Translations under genes and position numbers: made by a program
In this document: positions 9,463 to 19,353 of the stretch, in pieces
Layout: the number at the start of each line of letters is the position of its first letter
How positions within the stretch are numbered: the stretch's first letter is position 1
NCBI GenBank assembly: GCA_964435475.1
Contig: CAYSZB010000003.1
Span: 4,220-68,219 of the forward strand
Direction: 5' to 3'
DNA length: 64,000 bases
DNA from: an uncultured Anaerolineaceae bacterium
Lineage (GTDB): Bacteria > Chloroflexota > Anaerolineae > Anaerolineales > Anaerolineaceae
Notes under the pieces: model-generated
What the model was told of the DNA's origin: nothing
What the model saw: only the letters and a program-made list of their open reading frames with translations
The model's database searches: none

Positions 9463-10401
9463 TTATACTAATTTCCAACGCAATGGTTTGCCATCCAAGC
9501 AATTGATGACCTCATGGGCGATGTCAATAGCCGCCCTTAATTGGGCTTCCCTGGTTTGGGCGCCAATATGTGGTGTGGCGATCACATGGGGGTGTGAGAT
9601 GAGGGCAAGATCGACAGGTGGTTCGACTTCAAAGACATCCAGTGCAACCCCAGAGACTTTGCCGGAGTTGAGGGCTTCCAACATGGCAGGCTCATCGATC
9701 ACACCTCCACGGGCAGCGCATATGATCCTGACCCCATCTTTCATCCTGGCGATGGTTTCTGCATTGATCATGTGTTTTGTCGCAGGGATCAATGGGACAT
9801 GCAAGGTGATGATGTCGGACCTTTCGATCAATTCTTCCAGGTTAACCGGTTCAGCACCTGTTGCCCTGATCTGTTCAGATGGACGGACAGGGTCATAGCC
9901 CAGAACGGTCATGTCAAAAGCCTGTGCACGTTTGCCGACAGCTTCGCCGATGTTGCCGTAACCGATAATTCCCAGGGTTTTATGACATAATTCGCAACCT
10001 TCCAACTCCTTCTTCATCCATTTGCCATTCTTCATTCCATGGTCGGCAAATGGGATTTCGCGAACGAGATCCAACATGAAGCCCATGGTGAGTTCAGCTA
10101 CTGCCAAAGTGGTTGATACAGGCGTATTGACGACCCTGATGTCAAGTGATTTGGCTGTGTTGAGATCAATATTATCGACACCAACACCCATACGTCCAAC
10201 AACCTTCAGGTTCTTGCCTGCGTTAAGGACCTCTGCAGTCACCTTGGTGCGTGAACGCACGATCATGGCATCCACACCCGGAACGATCTTTAGTAAGTCT
10301 TCGGGGGTGATCCCTTTCATGTCAAGCGCCTGATCTTTTTGATTGATGATGGCAGCTCCTTCTTTTTCGATACCATCAGTTATCAATACCTTCCAACCCA
10401 T
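9463..10401 (-). CDS. D-isomer-specific 2-hydroxyacid dehydrogenase (SerA-like, no ACT domain)
   Basis: 312 aa. The NAD-binding site is GIIGYGNIGEAVG, and the catalytic region is ARGGVIDE...TPHIGA. Confidence 0.85.
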   Translation of the reverse strand: MGWKVLITDGIEKEGAAIINQKDQALDMKGITPEDLLKIVPGVDAMIVRSRTKVTAEVLNAGKNLKVVGRMGVGVDNIDLNTAKSLDIRVVNTPVSTTLAVAELTMGFMLDLVREIPFADHGMKNGKWMKKELEGCELCHKTLGIIGYGNIGEAVGKRAQAFDMTVLGYDPVRPSEQIRATGAEPVNLEELIERSDIITLHVPLIPATKHMINAETIARMKDGVRIICAARGGVIDEPAMLEALNSGKVSGVALDVFEVEPPVDLALISHPHVIATPHIGAQTREAQLRAAIDIAHEVINCLDGKPLRWKLV

Positions 10402-10449
10402 TTTATATCTCCTTTTTCCAAGTATTTATTAATGAGTATATCTTATCAC

Positions 10450-12351
10450 TCAAGAGTTTGATTTTAAAACGCGAAATTCACCTTTACGTGCTGTAATGTT
10501 CAGTGAATCCATGTATTCCAGGACCGGAAGGGCATATTTCCTGCTGGTCTGGAATTGATCTCGCAGGTCGGCCAGGGTGATCGTGCCATGTTCCTGCAGA
10601 TGCCTGCGCACCGCCTGGATCATCTTTTCCAGTGACCCAGGCAGAAACACAATATCTTCAGAGATTCTTACCAAATGGTTCAGGAAAATAACTGCCTCCA
10701 GCAGATCTTCACCTAGTAATTCCTGGCAAAACTTGACGTCTGGTGGCGAAAACGGGGTTTCTCTAAATATTTCCAACAGTGAAGCGAAGAGTCTCTCCTG
10801 GTCAGTTGACAGGGAAATCTGGTGACCAAATTTTAGTACCAGGGGACCTTTTTGTTCAATGATCTGCTGGAATTCCAGTTCGTGCATCACCTGGTTGAAC
10901 CTGGAAGGCTCAAAAGACAGTAGTTTTCGAAGATATTCCCGCGGCAGGCCTGGTTTTAAAGGATTGCTGGAATAAAAATCAGAAAATTGCTGTGAAACCT
11001 TTAGTACCAGTTCATCCCATGATTGTTTGGAAATGAGGGGAGAGACAGCTGTAAGGTCTTTTTGTTCGTGATCCAGGCGTATGAGCAAACCGGAATTGTC
11101 CATTTCACTTACCAGGGTTAACAGATCAGGCAGGGGCAGATTGACCTTTTTGACCAGATCGTTGACTGTAAGGATAAAGGTTTGTGATAATTGCTGGATG
11201 ATCAGATCTTGCGGTTCTCCCTGTAACAGACGGTTTAATCTTGAAATCACTGAAATATTGAAGCGGCGGTAGAGCTTCTGGGGATACGGATCGAGAATGA
11301 TGCCACCGCCCAGGGTTTCGGGTGGTGAGGGACGTCGAATCACATAATGGTCTCCCTTGGCAACCAGACCCGGTTTTGACAAATGAACCTGGATATAACA
11401 TTCCTCACCAGGATTAAGCTGGTCTTTTCCCAGTATGCGAATCCTGGAGATGATTTCTGATGATCCGCTATAGAAAACCACTTCCATGTTATGTTTCAGA
11501 CTAACTGATGAATTTTTAAGGACCCGACAGTGGCAATCCAATAGACCTGTTGCTTCATAGGTGCCCGGTTTGATGACGACCTGCCCGCGTTCGATCCGTT
11601 CTTTGTTGACCCCGGTGATATTCATCGCTGTCCTGGTTCCGGGAGAGGCATGGTCGACTTTATTCTTGTAGGATTGAAGTCCGCGGATGCGACCTTTTAA
11701 ATCCCCTGGAAGGATCTCGATCTCGTCTCCCGTATAAAAATCACCATCAGATAAGGTGCCGGTGATAATCGTCCCAAACCCTGGTAAGCTGAAAATGCGA
11801 TCGATGGGCAACCTTGGGCGATGAAGGTTTATCCGAGGAGGACGTTTTTCAAGTAAATCTTGAAGAGACAACTTGAGTTCATTCAGCCCAGTCCTGGTGG
11901 CAGATGAAACCTTGATAATGGGAACGCCATCGAGTGATGTGCCCTTAAGTGCTTCCTGGATCTCCAATTCCACCAGGTCGATCCATTCTTGATCGCTGAC
12001 CAGGTCGATTTTATTCAAGATGACCAACCCTGAAGAGATACCCAGCATGTCAAGAATTGCCAGGTGTTCTTTGGTCTGAGGCATCATACCTTCATCAGCA
12101 GCGATGACCAGTAGGACAGCATCAATGCCGCCAATGCCGGCTAGCATATTGGCGATAAAATCACGGTGTCCCGGGACATCGATCACACCCACTGTTTTTC
12201 CATCCGGCAGGTCAAACCAGGCAAAGCCGAGGTCTATGGTCATTTCCCGCTCGATCTCTTCTTTCAACCTGTCCGGGTGGATCCCTGACAAGGCTGCGAT
12301 CAGGGTAGATTTCCCATGATCGACATGACCTGCGGTGCCAATTACATACAT
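10450..12351 (-). CDS. selB: selenocysteine-specific translation elongation factor SelB
   Basis: 633 aa. The G domain carries GTAGHVDHGKSTL, DVPGH and NKID. A long C-terminal winged-helix-type extension typical of SelB follows. Confidence 0.9.
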   Translation of the reverse strand: MYVIGTAGHVDHGKSTLIAALSGIHPDRLKEEIEREMTIDLGFAWFDLPDGKTVGVIDVPGHRDFIANMLAGIGGIDAVLLVIAADEGMMPQTKEHLAILDMLGISSGLVILNKIDLVSDQEWIDLVELEIQEALKGTSLDGVPIIKVSSATRTGLNELKLSLQDLLEKRPPRINLHRPRLPIDRIFSLPGFGTIITGTLSDGDFYTGDEIEILPGDLKGRIRGLQSYKNKVDHASPGTRTAMNITGVNKERIERGQVVIKPGTYEATGLLDCHCRVLKNSSVSLKHNMEVVFYSGSSEIISRIRILGKDQLNPGEECYIQVHLSKPGLVAKGDHYVIRRPSPPETLGGGIILDPYPQKLYRRFNISVISRLNRLLQGEPQDLIIQQLSQTFILTVNDLVKKVNLPLPDLLTLVSEMDNSGLLIRLDHEQKDLTAVSPLISKQSWDELVLKVSQQFSDFYSSNPLKPGLPREYLRKLLSFEPSRFNQVMHELEFQQIIEQKGPLVLKFGHQISLSTDQERLFASLLEIFRETPFSPPDVKFCQELLGEDLLEAVIFLNHLVRISEDIVFLPGSLEKMIQAVRRHLQEHGTITLADLRDQFQTSRKYALPVLEYMDSLNITARKGEFRVLKSNS

Positions 12352-12360
12352 TGGGCAATC

Positions 12361-13554
12361 CTAACTGCGTTGTTTACTTAATTCTGTGTGTGTTAGGATC
12401 GATTCCTGGTATGTTTTGAGGATCCCTTGGAAACGCTTGATGGATTCCTGTGAGATCTGGTCAATCGCATCATGCAGAGTCTGGATGGAGGATTTTAATT
12501 CATCGATCTGTGGTTGGAAGACATCAAGTTGCCTATTCATCTCGCGATGTTGCTCCTCCTGTCCGAGAACATAATTTGTCCAACGTTTCTGGTCATCCAC
12601 CTTAAATGCAGTCCATTCCTGCCTGAAACGTTCGTCATTTAAACGGTTGATCTCGCTGATCTCGTTAATCCTTCTTTCAAACTTCTGGGTCGCCTCGTCT
12701 AGCGAGGATATGGATTTGTTGACCAGTTTATTTGTTTTGTCCAATTCAGCCATCTGAACATCAAGGTCTGTATTGATCCCTTCAATGCGTGTAAAACGTT
12801 CAGCCCATTCTTTAAAGGTGCGGTCACGCTCCAGTGCCTGTAAATTCATGCGGTCAATAAAGGCAACCTGTGTTTCCCTGCGCTCTTTTTCGATTGTTTG
12901 CAGCTCATTTATCCGGTTTTCAAAGGGCCTGAAATTGTCACTGATCAGGTCAATGCGAGAACGATTTTCTTCCAGGCGTTTTCTTTGGGCAATGATCTCT
13001 CCCTGCAGGTCGGAAATCCGCTTTGTATCCTGACGGGCAGTCTCTTCAACCAGACGCAGTGAGCGCTTGTAGTCTTCATCAAAACGGGATACTTCTGTGA
13101 CCTTTTGTTTGACTTCTTCAATCGCTTTGCTTAAGCGGTTAAATTCCACGTGGTGAGTCTTTACTTCTGATTGGGTATTGGTGATCAGTTCTGGAATTGG
13201 TTGGAAGGCGGCGATGGCTTTGTTTGTATTGTCTACTTCAAAGCGAAAGCGCTTGCCTTGTTCATTTATCATCGAATCCAACTTGGTTTCAGTGGTTTTA
13301 ATTTTGTCGTTTATCTCTGTTTGTAGCCGGTCTATGCGAGCATCAAATTTTTCGAAAGAAGAAAGTTTTTGCGCCAACTGCAAAACCCTCTCTTCAGACT
13401 CTTTGACCATTTGTCTTAAAGAAGTGTTCTCATTATTAAGTGTTTTAACCTGGTTCTGTAACAAGGCAATATCCGATTTGTCTTTGCGGCGCTCAGAATC
13501 CAACCAATCTACCTTATTTTCAAGTTGTTTAATCAAATCCAGTTCATCGATCAT
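12361..13554 (-). CDS. coiled-coil hypothetical protein
   Basis: 397 aa, rich in E, K, R, Q and L with heptad-like periodicity throughout. AAGGTGA SD is present. It ends 9 nt upstream of selB. Confidence 0.55.
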   Translation of the reverse strand: MIDELDLIKQLENKVDWLDSERRKDKSDIALLQNQVKTLNNENTSLRQMVKESEERVLQLAQKLSSFEKFDARIDRLQTEINDKIKTTETKLDSMINEQGKRFRFEVDNTNKAIAAFQPIPELITNTQSEVKTHHVEFNRLSKAIEEVKQKVTEVSRFDEDYKRSLRLVEETARQDTKRISDLQGEIIAQRKRLEENRSRIDLISDNFRPFENRINELQTIEKERRETQVAFIDRMNLQALERDRTFKEWAERFTRIEGINTDLDVQMAELDKTNKLVNKSISSLDEATQKFERRINEISEINRLNDERFRQEWTAFKVDDQKRWTNYVLGQEEQHREMNRQLDVFQPQIDELKSSIQTLHDAIDQISQESIKRFQGILKTYQESILTHTELSKQRS

Positions 13555-13666
13555 AATTCACCTTAATTTCTAGAAGAAATTTATCTCCTACCATAATTGA
13601 TTATACACAGGTTGAGTAAGAGAATTGTAAAACAGGTCCCATTGTAAATGAAAATTACAGAAAAAA

Positions 13667-15076
13667 TCACGGAGTGATCGGGAAGCGGGGAAAAGCATCC
13701 AATATCCCGGTAAACCTGGGTAGTAATAGATGGGGGAAAATCCCGGCAAAAATGGTCAAGCCAACAATCAGGAGAATGGGAATGATGATCCCCAGGTTTT
13801 CTGTAACCTTCCAGTCTGTAATTGCATCTTCTGATTTGATCATGTGGACCATTACTTTAAATGTAAATATATAGATTCCCATGGTGCCAAGGAAGATCCA
13901 TAATGCATTGACTAGGTCTGGTTGGGCGGCGATGAACCAGATCATCCTTTTCACAGGAAAACCTGCCAGCATGGGTATGCCTGCGATACTTAACTGGGCT
14001 ATGATCAAACCTCCACTTAAGAAAGGTTTTTCATGCATTAATGCAGGCAGGTTGCTGAATTCCAGGCTGCCATATTCATCCTTAATTTTGCCCAAACAAA
14101 ATGCCCAAAGCCAGTATCCGATCATCCTGGGTAAAAGCAGCATAGAAAAGTAGTACATTCCCCCCAACTCGTTCAAACCAAAACAAAGAAGTGAAAAACC
14201 GGTCTCGATTATCACGGAATACCCAAATGCCTTACCCAGGTTCTTTTGAAATAACACCAGGGCTCCTCCCAGGGCAATCATTGAGGTCCCGATGAATCTA
14301 AATGTGGGATACAGTCCTTCGAGTGATCTCAACCATGCGTAACGATCCAGGAAAGTCAACATGAATAATAAAAGACTTGAGGGAAGAAGAATCAGGAAAT
14401 AACTTGACATCCAGGGATGGGCTGATTCGGTCAGTAAAGGTAACCATGAATGAAAAGGGATGATTGCTAATAACAAAAGAAAGCCAATTATCAGAGAAAT
14501 GGTAGCCTGGTTGATCAAAGGACTATTAGCGGGGGCTGTTTCAGCACCGGAAAGAGCCCAACCAGCAAATAGAATAAATGGAAAAGCCAGGAATTGAAAA
14601 ACGAGATATCTTAAAATCCCTTTAGTTGTTTTTTCAGTTTCAGGGGAAAGGAGTGGAATAGAAATCAATATGATGATCTCAATGAACAATGCGGCATAAA
14701 GAAATGGTTCCACTGCCAAAGCAGCTACCAGGAGGGGGGTTATGACCAGTGACATTGCAGGAAAAAACTTGTTTGTTTTGAACCAGCAAGATCCCAAGTT
14801 CCAAAAGGCATTAATGTAAAATATTATTGACACCAGGGTCAGGTTATCATAGGTAATGGTCAGGGTTCTGCCCAAGATGACCATTATATCTTTCACTTCT
14901 AAGGAATTCGATCCAAACCCTAATATGAAATCTTTCGGAAAGTAGGTTGCTGCCACAGCTAGAACAAGTGAAAAAAAAGTTCCCAGGATACCACATAATA
15001 ACCTTTTTGATTTGGTCAGGAACAATGCAACTGAAAACAGAATTGGCAGAAAGATCCAGATCAAGGGAGAGCTCAT
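13667..15076 (-). CDS. proton-conducting antiporter-like membrane subunit (NuoN/MrpD superfamily)
   Basis: 469 aa polytopic protein. The signatures IIPFHSWLP and GIPMLAGFPVK of the complex-I/Mrp antiporter-like family are present. Confidence 0.7.
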   Translation of the reverse strand: MSSPLIWIFLPILFSVALFLTKSKRLLCGILGTFFSLVLAVAATYFPKDFILGFGSNSLEVKDIMVILGRTLTITYDNLTLVSIIFYINAFWNLGSCWFKTNKFFPAMSLVITPLLVAALAVEPFLYAALFIEIIILISIPLLSPETEKTTKGILRYLVFQFLAFPFILFAGWALSGAETAPANSPLINQATISLIIGFLLLLAIIPFHSWLPLLTESAHPWMSSYFLILLPSSLLLFMLTFLDRYAWLRSLEGLYPTFRFIGTSMIALGGALVLFQKNLGKAFGYSVIIETGFSLLCFGLNELGGMYYFSMLLLPRMIGYWLWAFCLGKIKDEYGSLEFSNLPALMHEKPFLSGGLIIAQLSIAGIPMLAGFPVKRMIWFIAAQPDLVNALWIFLGTMGIYIFTFKVMVHMIKSEDAITDWKVTENLGIIIPILLIVGLTIFAGIFPHLLLPRFTGILDAFPRFPITP

Positions 15077-15669
15077 GGGTTATTATCCGCCTTTTCCTTG
15101 ATTAACAGGTACGAACCTACCAGGACCAATCCCATATTGACAATTGCCAGCAAGCCAACGACCAAACTTGAAACCTCTAAAATTGAATAAAAGCTTTCGA
15201 ACCCCCAGAAGGCAGTGAGCAGTCCGGTGATGAGATAAAGGGGTTCCATGGTTAAAGCCAATTGCACCAAGCCAATAAGTATCAGGAAGCTTGCTGCAAG
15301 CAATGTAGCGCTGGGTACTGACACTGAAAATGCCAATCCAACATTCGTTATAGTAAATCCAACAATGGTGGCGACCAGTGCAACTACCAGGATACGGAAC
15401 ATTATCGATGAAAAAATTGTCTTTCCCCCATGACCATCTTTAAATTTTATGGAAAAGCAGGAAATACCAAGCACTGAACAACACATCCAACCAACAAGAA
15501 GTTTTATTACTACAACGCTGATAGGGACGGATGTTGAAATAATAATTGACATCGCCAGGTATTGTATAGCCAGGGCGATCAGGGTGAGCTTCCAGTTGTG
15601 AATGACCGTTGATATGACCGAAGAACTCAGGATCAAGGCCAGGGCGATCTGTAAAACAAAATCTGGCAT
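15073..15669 (-). CDS. polytopic membrane protein, unknown function
   Basis: 198 aa and almost entirely hydrophobic, with about 6 predicted helices by eye. It overlaps the downstream gene by 4 nt. Confidence 0.5.
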   Translation of the reverse strand: MPDFVLQIALALILSSSVISTVIHNWKLTLIALAIQYLAMSIIISTSVPISVVVIKLLVGWMCCSVLGISCFSIKFKDGHGGKTIFSSIMFRILVVALVATIVGFTITNVGLAFSVSVPSATLLAASFLILIGLVQLALTMEPLYLITGLLTAFWGFESFYSILEVSSLVVGLLAIVNMGLVLVGSYLLIKEKADNNP

Positions 15670-15673
15670 GAAA

Positions 15674-17278
15674 TCAATCTCCGATCCTTAAGAATGACAG
15701 GAGAAGTATGATGATAACAAATGCCCATAGAATTGCGCTATCGCCTTCGATAAATCTTGTTACTGTCAACACAAGATTACCGACTACCTGGTAAGTCCTT
15801 AAGAAAATGCTTTTTACCCAAGTCAATGAAAAGAAAGAATTCAAAAATTGAAAAAAGTTATGGATACGTTGATTGGCAATGACCTTCCTTTGAATTCCCA
15901 GGTTGACAGGAGAATTTCTTAGCTTGTTTCCTACAAAGAGCAAGGTAATTGCTAATAAAAGACCGACCATGCCCGCCCACCAAAAATCAGCGGAAAGCAC
16001 CCCAGGCCAACCAACGATCCCGAGGGCAATTTGGGTCTGGATAATAAAAATCAACCCTATTGGAAAACTGATCTTGGACCATGATTCAAGGTTCGTTGTC
16101 AATCCCTTTCCTGTCAAGAGGAACTTCATATAACCGGCAATGAGTAGGGAGTGGCTTGTCAAGGCAGATATTGATAAAAAAGAGATGCCTTGTCCGAAGA
16201 TACCCGGCCAGCCACTGCTGGCCATTGTGTAAGGTAAGGCAACCATTCCCAACAGTCCAGGAATCAACAAGAACCGCAAGCGTCTTATAGGTGGGTCAAA
16301 GAGCATCAATAGGCTGCCTGATAAGAGCAGGGCTAATCCCCAAGAGCGGCTAAATTCAGCCTGACCATTTATGGCACATATTATCGCCATCGCCGCCAAA
16401 GAAATATACCAGTAATGACTTGCTTCGTATAAGTTTTCCTTTAATAACCAAATTAATGCAGTTATGAAGACTACCAGGCCAATCATTATTTGGATCGGCA
16501 TCACCCAGTATGGCCTTATTGTGAAAGTCTCGGGGGGCATCCTTGCGATCAGACCCAGGCTGGACGCAATGGGTGCCAGTCGAAGCAGGATACCAGAACC
16601 TCTTCTTTCGTGTAGATCTTTGAAAAATGATGTATTGATGGAAAACACTCCAAGCCTTATGGCTCCTGCAATTAGAAAATAAACGCCGGAACGGTTTGGA
16701 ATGTCATCGATATCAAATTGACCGACATCCAACCAACCGACCATGGTAGCCCAGGAAAAAATGATCAGGCTCAGCACTCTCAGTGCGAAGAGAATGATGA
16801 TCTGGCGGTTCCACCTGTCGTTCTGTTGAATTGAAATAAGGTAGATAAATTCAATGATATCCACCAGTGCCCATGCAAGGACCATGGTAAGAGGGTTACC
16901 AGCCAGTAAAGCCATTAGACCGATGGCAGTAATTGCCATGCTGCCCGCCCAAGACATTGGATTGACGATGTCTTGGGCCCTTGCAGAATCTGTAAAAATG
17001 TAGGCAATCTCAATTGTCAATAACGCCATTGCGTACGGCCACGACACATAATCGATCATCAAGGATGGTGAAGCGTAAAAAAGGTTCGAAGGAGTCCAGT
17101 CGATCAATGGTACGTCAGTAGGCAGGAAGAAACGTAAATAGACAAGAATCAACCATGCGAAAAAGGTGCTTCCTGCAGCTATCAACCAGGTTAGACCGAT
17201 ACGCGACTTTAATCTGTAAATAATGGTTATGGCGATTGAGCCAAATATGAGCAAAAGGATGGGAATGAAAATCAACAT
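15674..17278 (-). CDS. polytopic membrane protein, possibly a degenerate antiporter-like subunit
   Basis: 534 aa. The LAWALVDIIEF and LIAGAIRLGVFSINTSF segments resemble Nuo L/M/N helices, but the PFH motif is lost. Confidence 0.5.
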   Translation of the reverse strand: MLIFIPILLLIFGSIAITIIYRLKSRIGLTWLIAAGSTFFAWLILVYLRFFLPTDVPLIDWTPSNLFYASPSLMIDYVSWPYAMALLTIEIAYIFTDSARAQDIVNPMSWAGSMAITAIGLMALLAGNPLTMVLAWALVDIIEFIYLISIQQNDRWNRQIIILFALRVLSLIIFSWATMVGWLDVGQFDIDDIPNRSGVYFLIAGAIRLGVFSINTSFFKDLHERRGSGILLRLAPIASSLGLIARMPPETFTIRPYWVMPIQIMIGLVVFITALIWLLKENLYEASHYWYISLAAMAIICAINGQAEFSRSWGLALLLSGSLLMLFDPPIRRLRFLLIPGLLGMVALPYTMASSGWPGIFGQGISFLSISALTSHSLLIAGYMKFLLTGKGLTTNLESWSKISFPIGLIFIIQTQIALGIVGWPGVLSADFWWAGMVGLLLAITLLFVGNKLRNSPVNLGIQRKVIANQRIHNFFQFLNSFFSLTWVKSIFLRTYQVVGNLVLTVTRFIEGDSAILWAFVIIILLLSFLRIGD

Positions 17279-17296
17279 GGATTTTTACTGATGGTT

Positions 17297-18712
17297 TTAC
17301 AGGATTTCACCCTTTTTACAGGTCTGATATTTTCCAGAGCCCGGCTCTCCTAACCATTTTTCATGGTCTACAAGTAATTTGCCTCTTAAAAAGACTTTTT
17401 CAGGATAGCCTTTTAATTGCCAACCTTCATAAAGATTGTAATCTGTGCGGTGGTGGGCAATTTTGACACCGTAGTTAACTTGCTTGCCTGGATCCCACAT
17501 GACAATATCTGCATCACTGCCTACAGCAATGGTTCCTTTCTGGGGATAAAGTCCAAATATTCGGGCGGGGTTTGTGCACATCAGGTTCACAAATTGGTTT
17601 GGGGTCAAATGACCTTTTCCGACACCATATGTCCAAAGAACGGGCATGCGGTCAGCAATCCCTGGCAGTCCATTGGGAATTTTGGTGAAATTGTTTTTTC
17701 CAAGTTCCTTACCAGGAATTCTTACAAATTCATTCTCATATTTGATTGGTTTCGTTCCATCATAAAAAAACGGACAGTGGTCAGTAGAAATGACCTGGAT
17801 TTCACTAGAGGATAATGCACGCATCAATCTCTCGTTATCCTCTTTCTTCCTGACGGGTGGAGAACAGATCCATTTTGCACCGTCAGGTTTTTTAAGGTCA
17901 TCTTCAGTAAAGAAAAGGTATTGGGGGCAGGTTTCGCCCATCACCTTGATGCCTTCAATGCGCGCTCTGGACAATTCATCCACTTCACCAGCCACATTCA
18001 TGTGGACCAGGAATAGTGGAGCGTCATTCTTTGCACTCAATTCGATAATGCGCCTGAATGCCCGCACAGTACCGGAGGCAGGACGCGTAATGGCGTGCCA
18101 AATGGGTTCTGTATGACCCTGGGCAGTAACTTCTCTCACCATAGTCTCAATTTCATCGCCATCTTCGGCGTGGAGCATGGTCAGAAGCCCGTAGCTGCGT
18201 GAGACCTGCATGACCTTGTCAATTCCCTGGTCTGCAAGTCGCAGGCGGTTGTTGTAAGCGGTAAATACTTTTATGCTGGTGATGCCCTCAGCAGGCAGTG
18301 TTTCGAGTTGCCTGAGAATCGTCTCATCGAAACGGGTAATGTTCATATGCAAGGCAAAATCAATACTGGCTTTAGGTGCTGCCTTATCAAGTAGTCTGGA
18401 AATGTTGTCATGCAAGGTGCCTTCATCATGAGATACAAAGTCGATCATGGTTGTTGTTCCACCAAAGGCAGCTGCTTTTCCACCTGTGTAGTAATCATCC
18501 GATGATATGGTGTCAAACATGGGTAATTCCAGGTGTACATGGGCATCCACACCACCGGGCATGACCAATTTACCTTCTGCATTAATCAAGTCAGCATCGG
18601 GGTCAATGATATTTGTCGCGACCTGTATTACCTTTTCATTTTCAATTAAGACATCTGCTTGGCGGGTTTCTTCTCCGGTGATGACTGTGCCGTTTTTTAT
18701 CAGCGTTTTCAT
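17297..18712 (-). CDS. dihydropyrimidinase / D-hydantoinase
   Basis: 471 aa. GGVDAHVHLELP is present, TSIKVFTAY is the carboxylated-Lys region, and the overall pattern is that of a cyclic amidohydrolase. Confidence 0.85.
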   Translation of the reverse strand: MKTLIKNGTVITGEETRQADVLIENEKVIQVATNIIDPDADLINAEGKLVMPGGVDAHVHLELPMFDTISSDDYYTGGKAAAFGGTTTMIDFVSHDEGTLHDNISRLLDKAAPKASIDFALHMNITRFDETILRQLETLPAEGITSIKVFTAYNNRLRLADQGIDKVMQVSRSYGLLTMLHAEDGDEIETMVREVTAQGHTEPIWHAITRPASGTVRAFRRIIELSAKNDAPLFLVHMNVAGEVDELSRARIEGIKVMGETCPQYLFFTEDDLKKPDGAKWICSPPVRKKEDNERLMRALSSSEIQVISTDHCPFFYDGTKPIKYENEFVRIPGKELGKNNFTKIPNGLPGIADRMPVLWTYGVGKGHLTPNQFVNLMCTNPARIFGLYPQKGTIAVGSDADIVMWDPGKQVNYGVKIAHHRTDYNLYEGWQLKGYPEKVFLRGKLLVDHEKWLGEPGSGKYQTCKKGEIL

Positions 18713-18792
18713 ATTTCATTTTCCTAATCGTGAACCCAATATTTCAATCAGTCTAATAGACTTGAAAACATGGCCATCCCTGGGTTTTTTGC

Positions 18793-19338
18793 TTAATGCT
18801 TGCCCAGGACACCCAGCAATGCCAATATTGCCGGGTCAATGGCAACCTCTGGCAACTCATCTACCTTATATTCATTTGCCTGCAATGCACGCTCGCGTAG
18901 TGACGACCAGAGAATTTCCCGCTCCTCATCGCGAACGATCAAATCCGTCATGGATGAAGCATTCAATAAGTGTTCACCGGTCGTGTAAAAGAAGGTGATG
19001 CGTTTCCATTTGCCTGATAGAATGGGGTTGGGTAATATTTCCAATGGGTCAATGATCAATTTAAAATATTCCTCATTTACCCTGGGATGATCTTTTTCAT
19101 CAACCAGCAATTCTTTGCGGGTGGTCAACTCGTGCCCTTTAACACGGGCAAAGTATTTAATTTGCCAACGCTCATTTTTATTGAAGGCAGCGGTCTGGTA
19201 AAAAGCCAGATAGTCCGCTGAGATGACTTTTGGCGCAGATTTTAGAGGTATGCGATACCAACCCAATAACCTGGCTATATCCAGGTCCCTTTTATCGGGT
19301 AATATGGCTACCAGGACCAAAGATGTCGAATTGATCAT
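18793..19338 (-). CDS. hypothetical protein
   Basis: A 181-aa ORF co-oriented with its neighbours. I recognise no motif. Confidence 0.45.
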   Translation of the reverse strand: MINSTSLVLVAILPDKRDLDIARLLGWYRIPLKSAPKVISADYLAFYQTAAFNKNERWQIKYFARVKGHELTTRKELLVDEKDHPRVNEEYFKLIIDPLEILPNPILSGKWKRITFFYTTGEHLLNASSMTDLIVRDEEREILWSSLRERALQANEYKVDELPEVAIDPAILALLGVLGKH

Positions 19339-19353
19339 TGTCCCTTATCTCGA

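Noticed and set aside
9392-9898. 168-aa plus-strand ORF; likewise 18507-18998 (163 aa) and 24104-24607 (167 aa)
   Set aside because: All three are antisense to strongly supported minus-strand genes: the SerA-like dehydrogenase, the hydantoinase plus the hypothetical gene, and carbamate kinase.
10402-12360. tRNA-Sec or a SECIS-bearing selenoprotein gene next to selB
   Set aside because: The flanking gaps are 48 and 9 nt. I saw no TGA-interrupted ORF pair in the neighbourhood.
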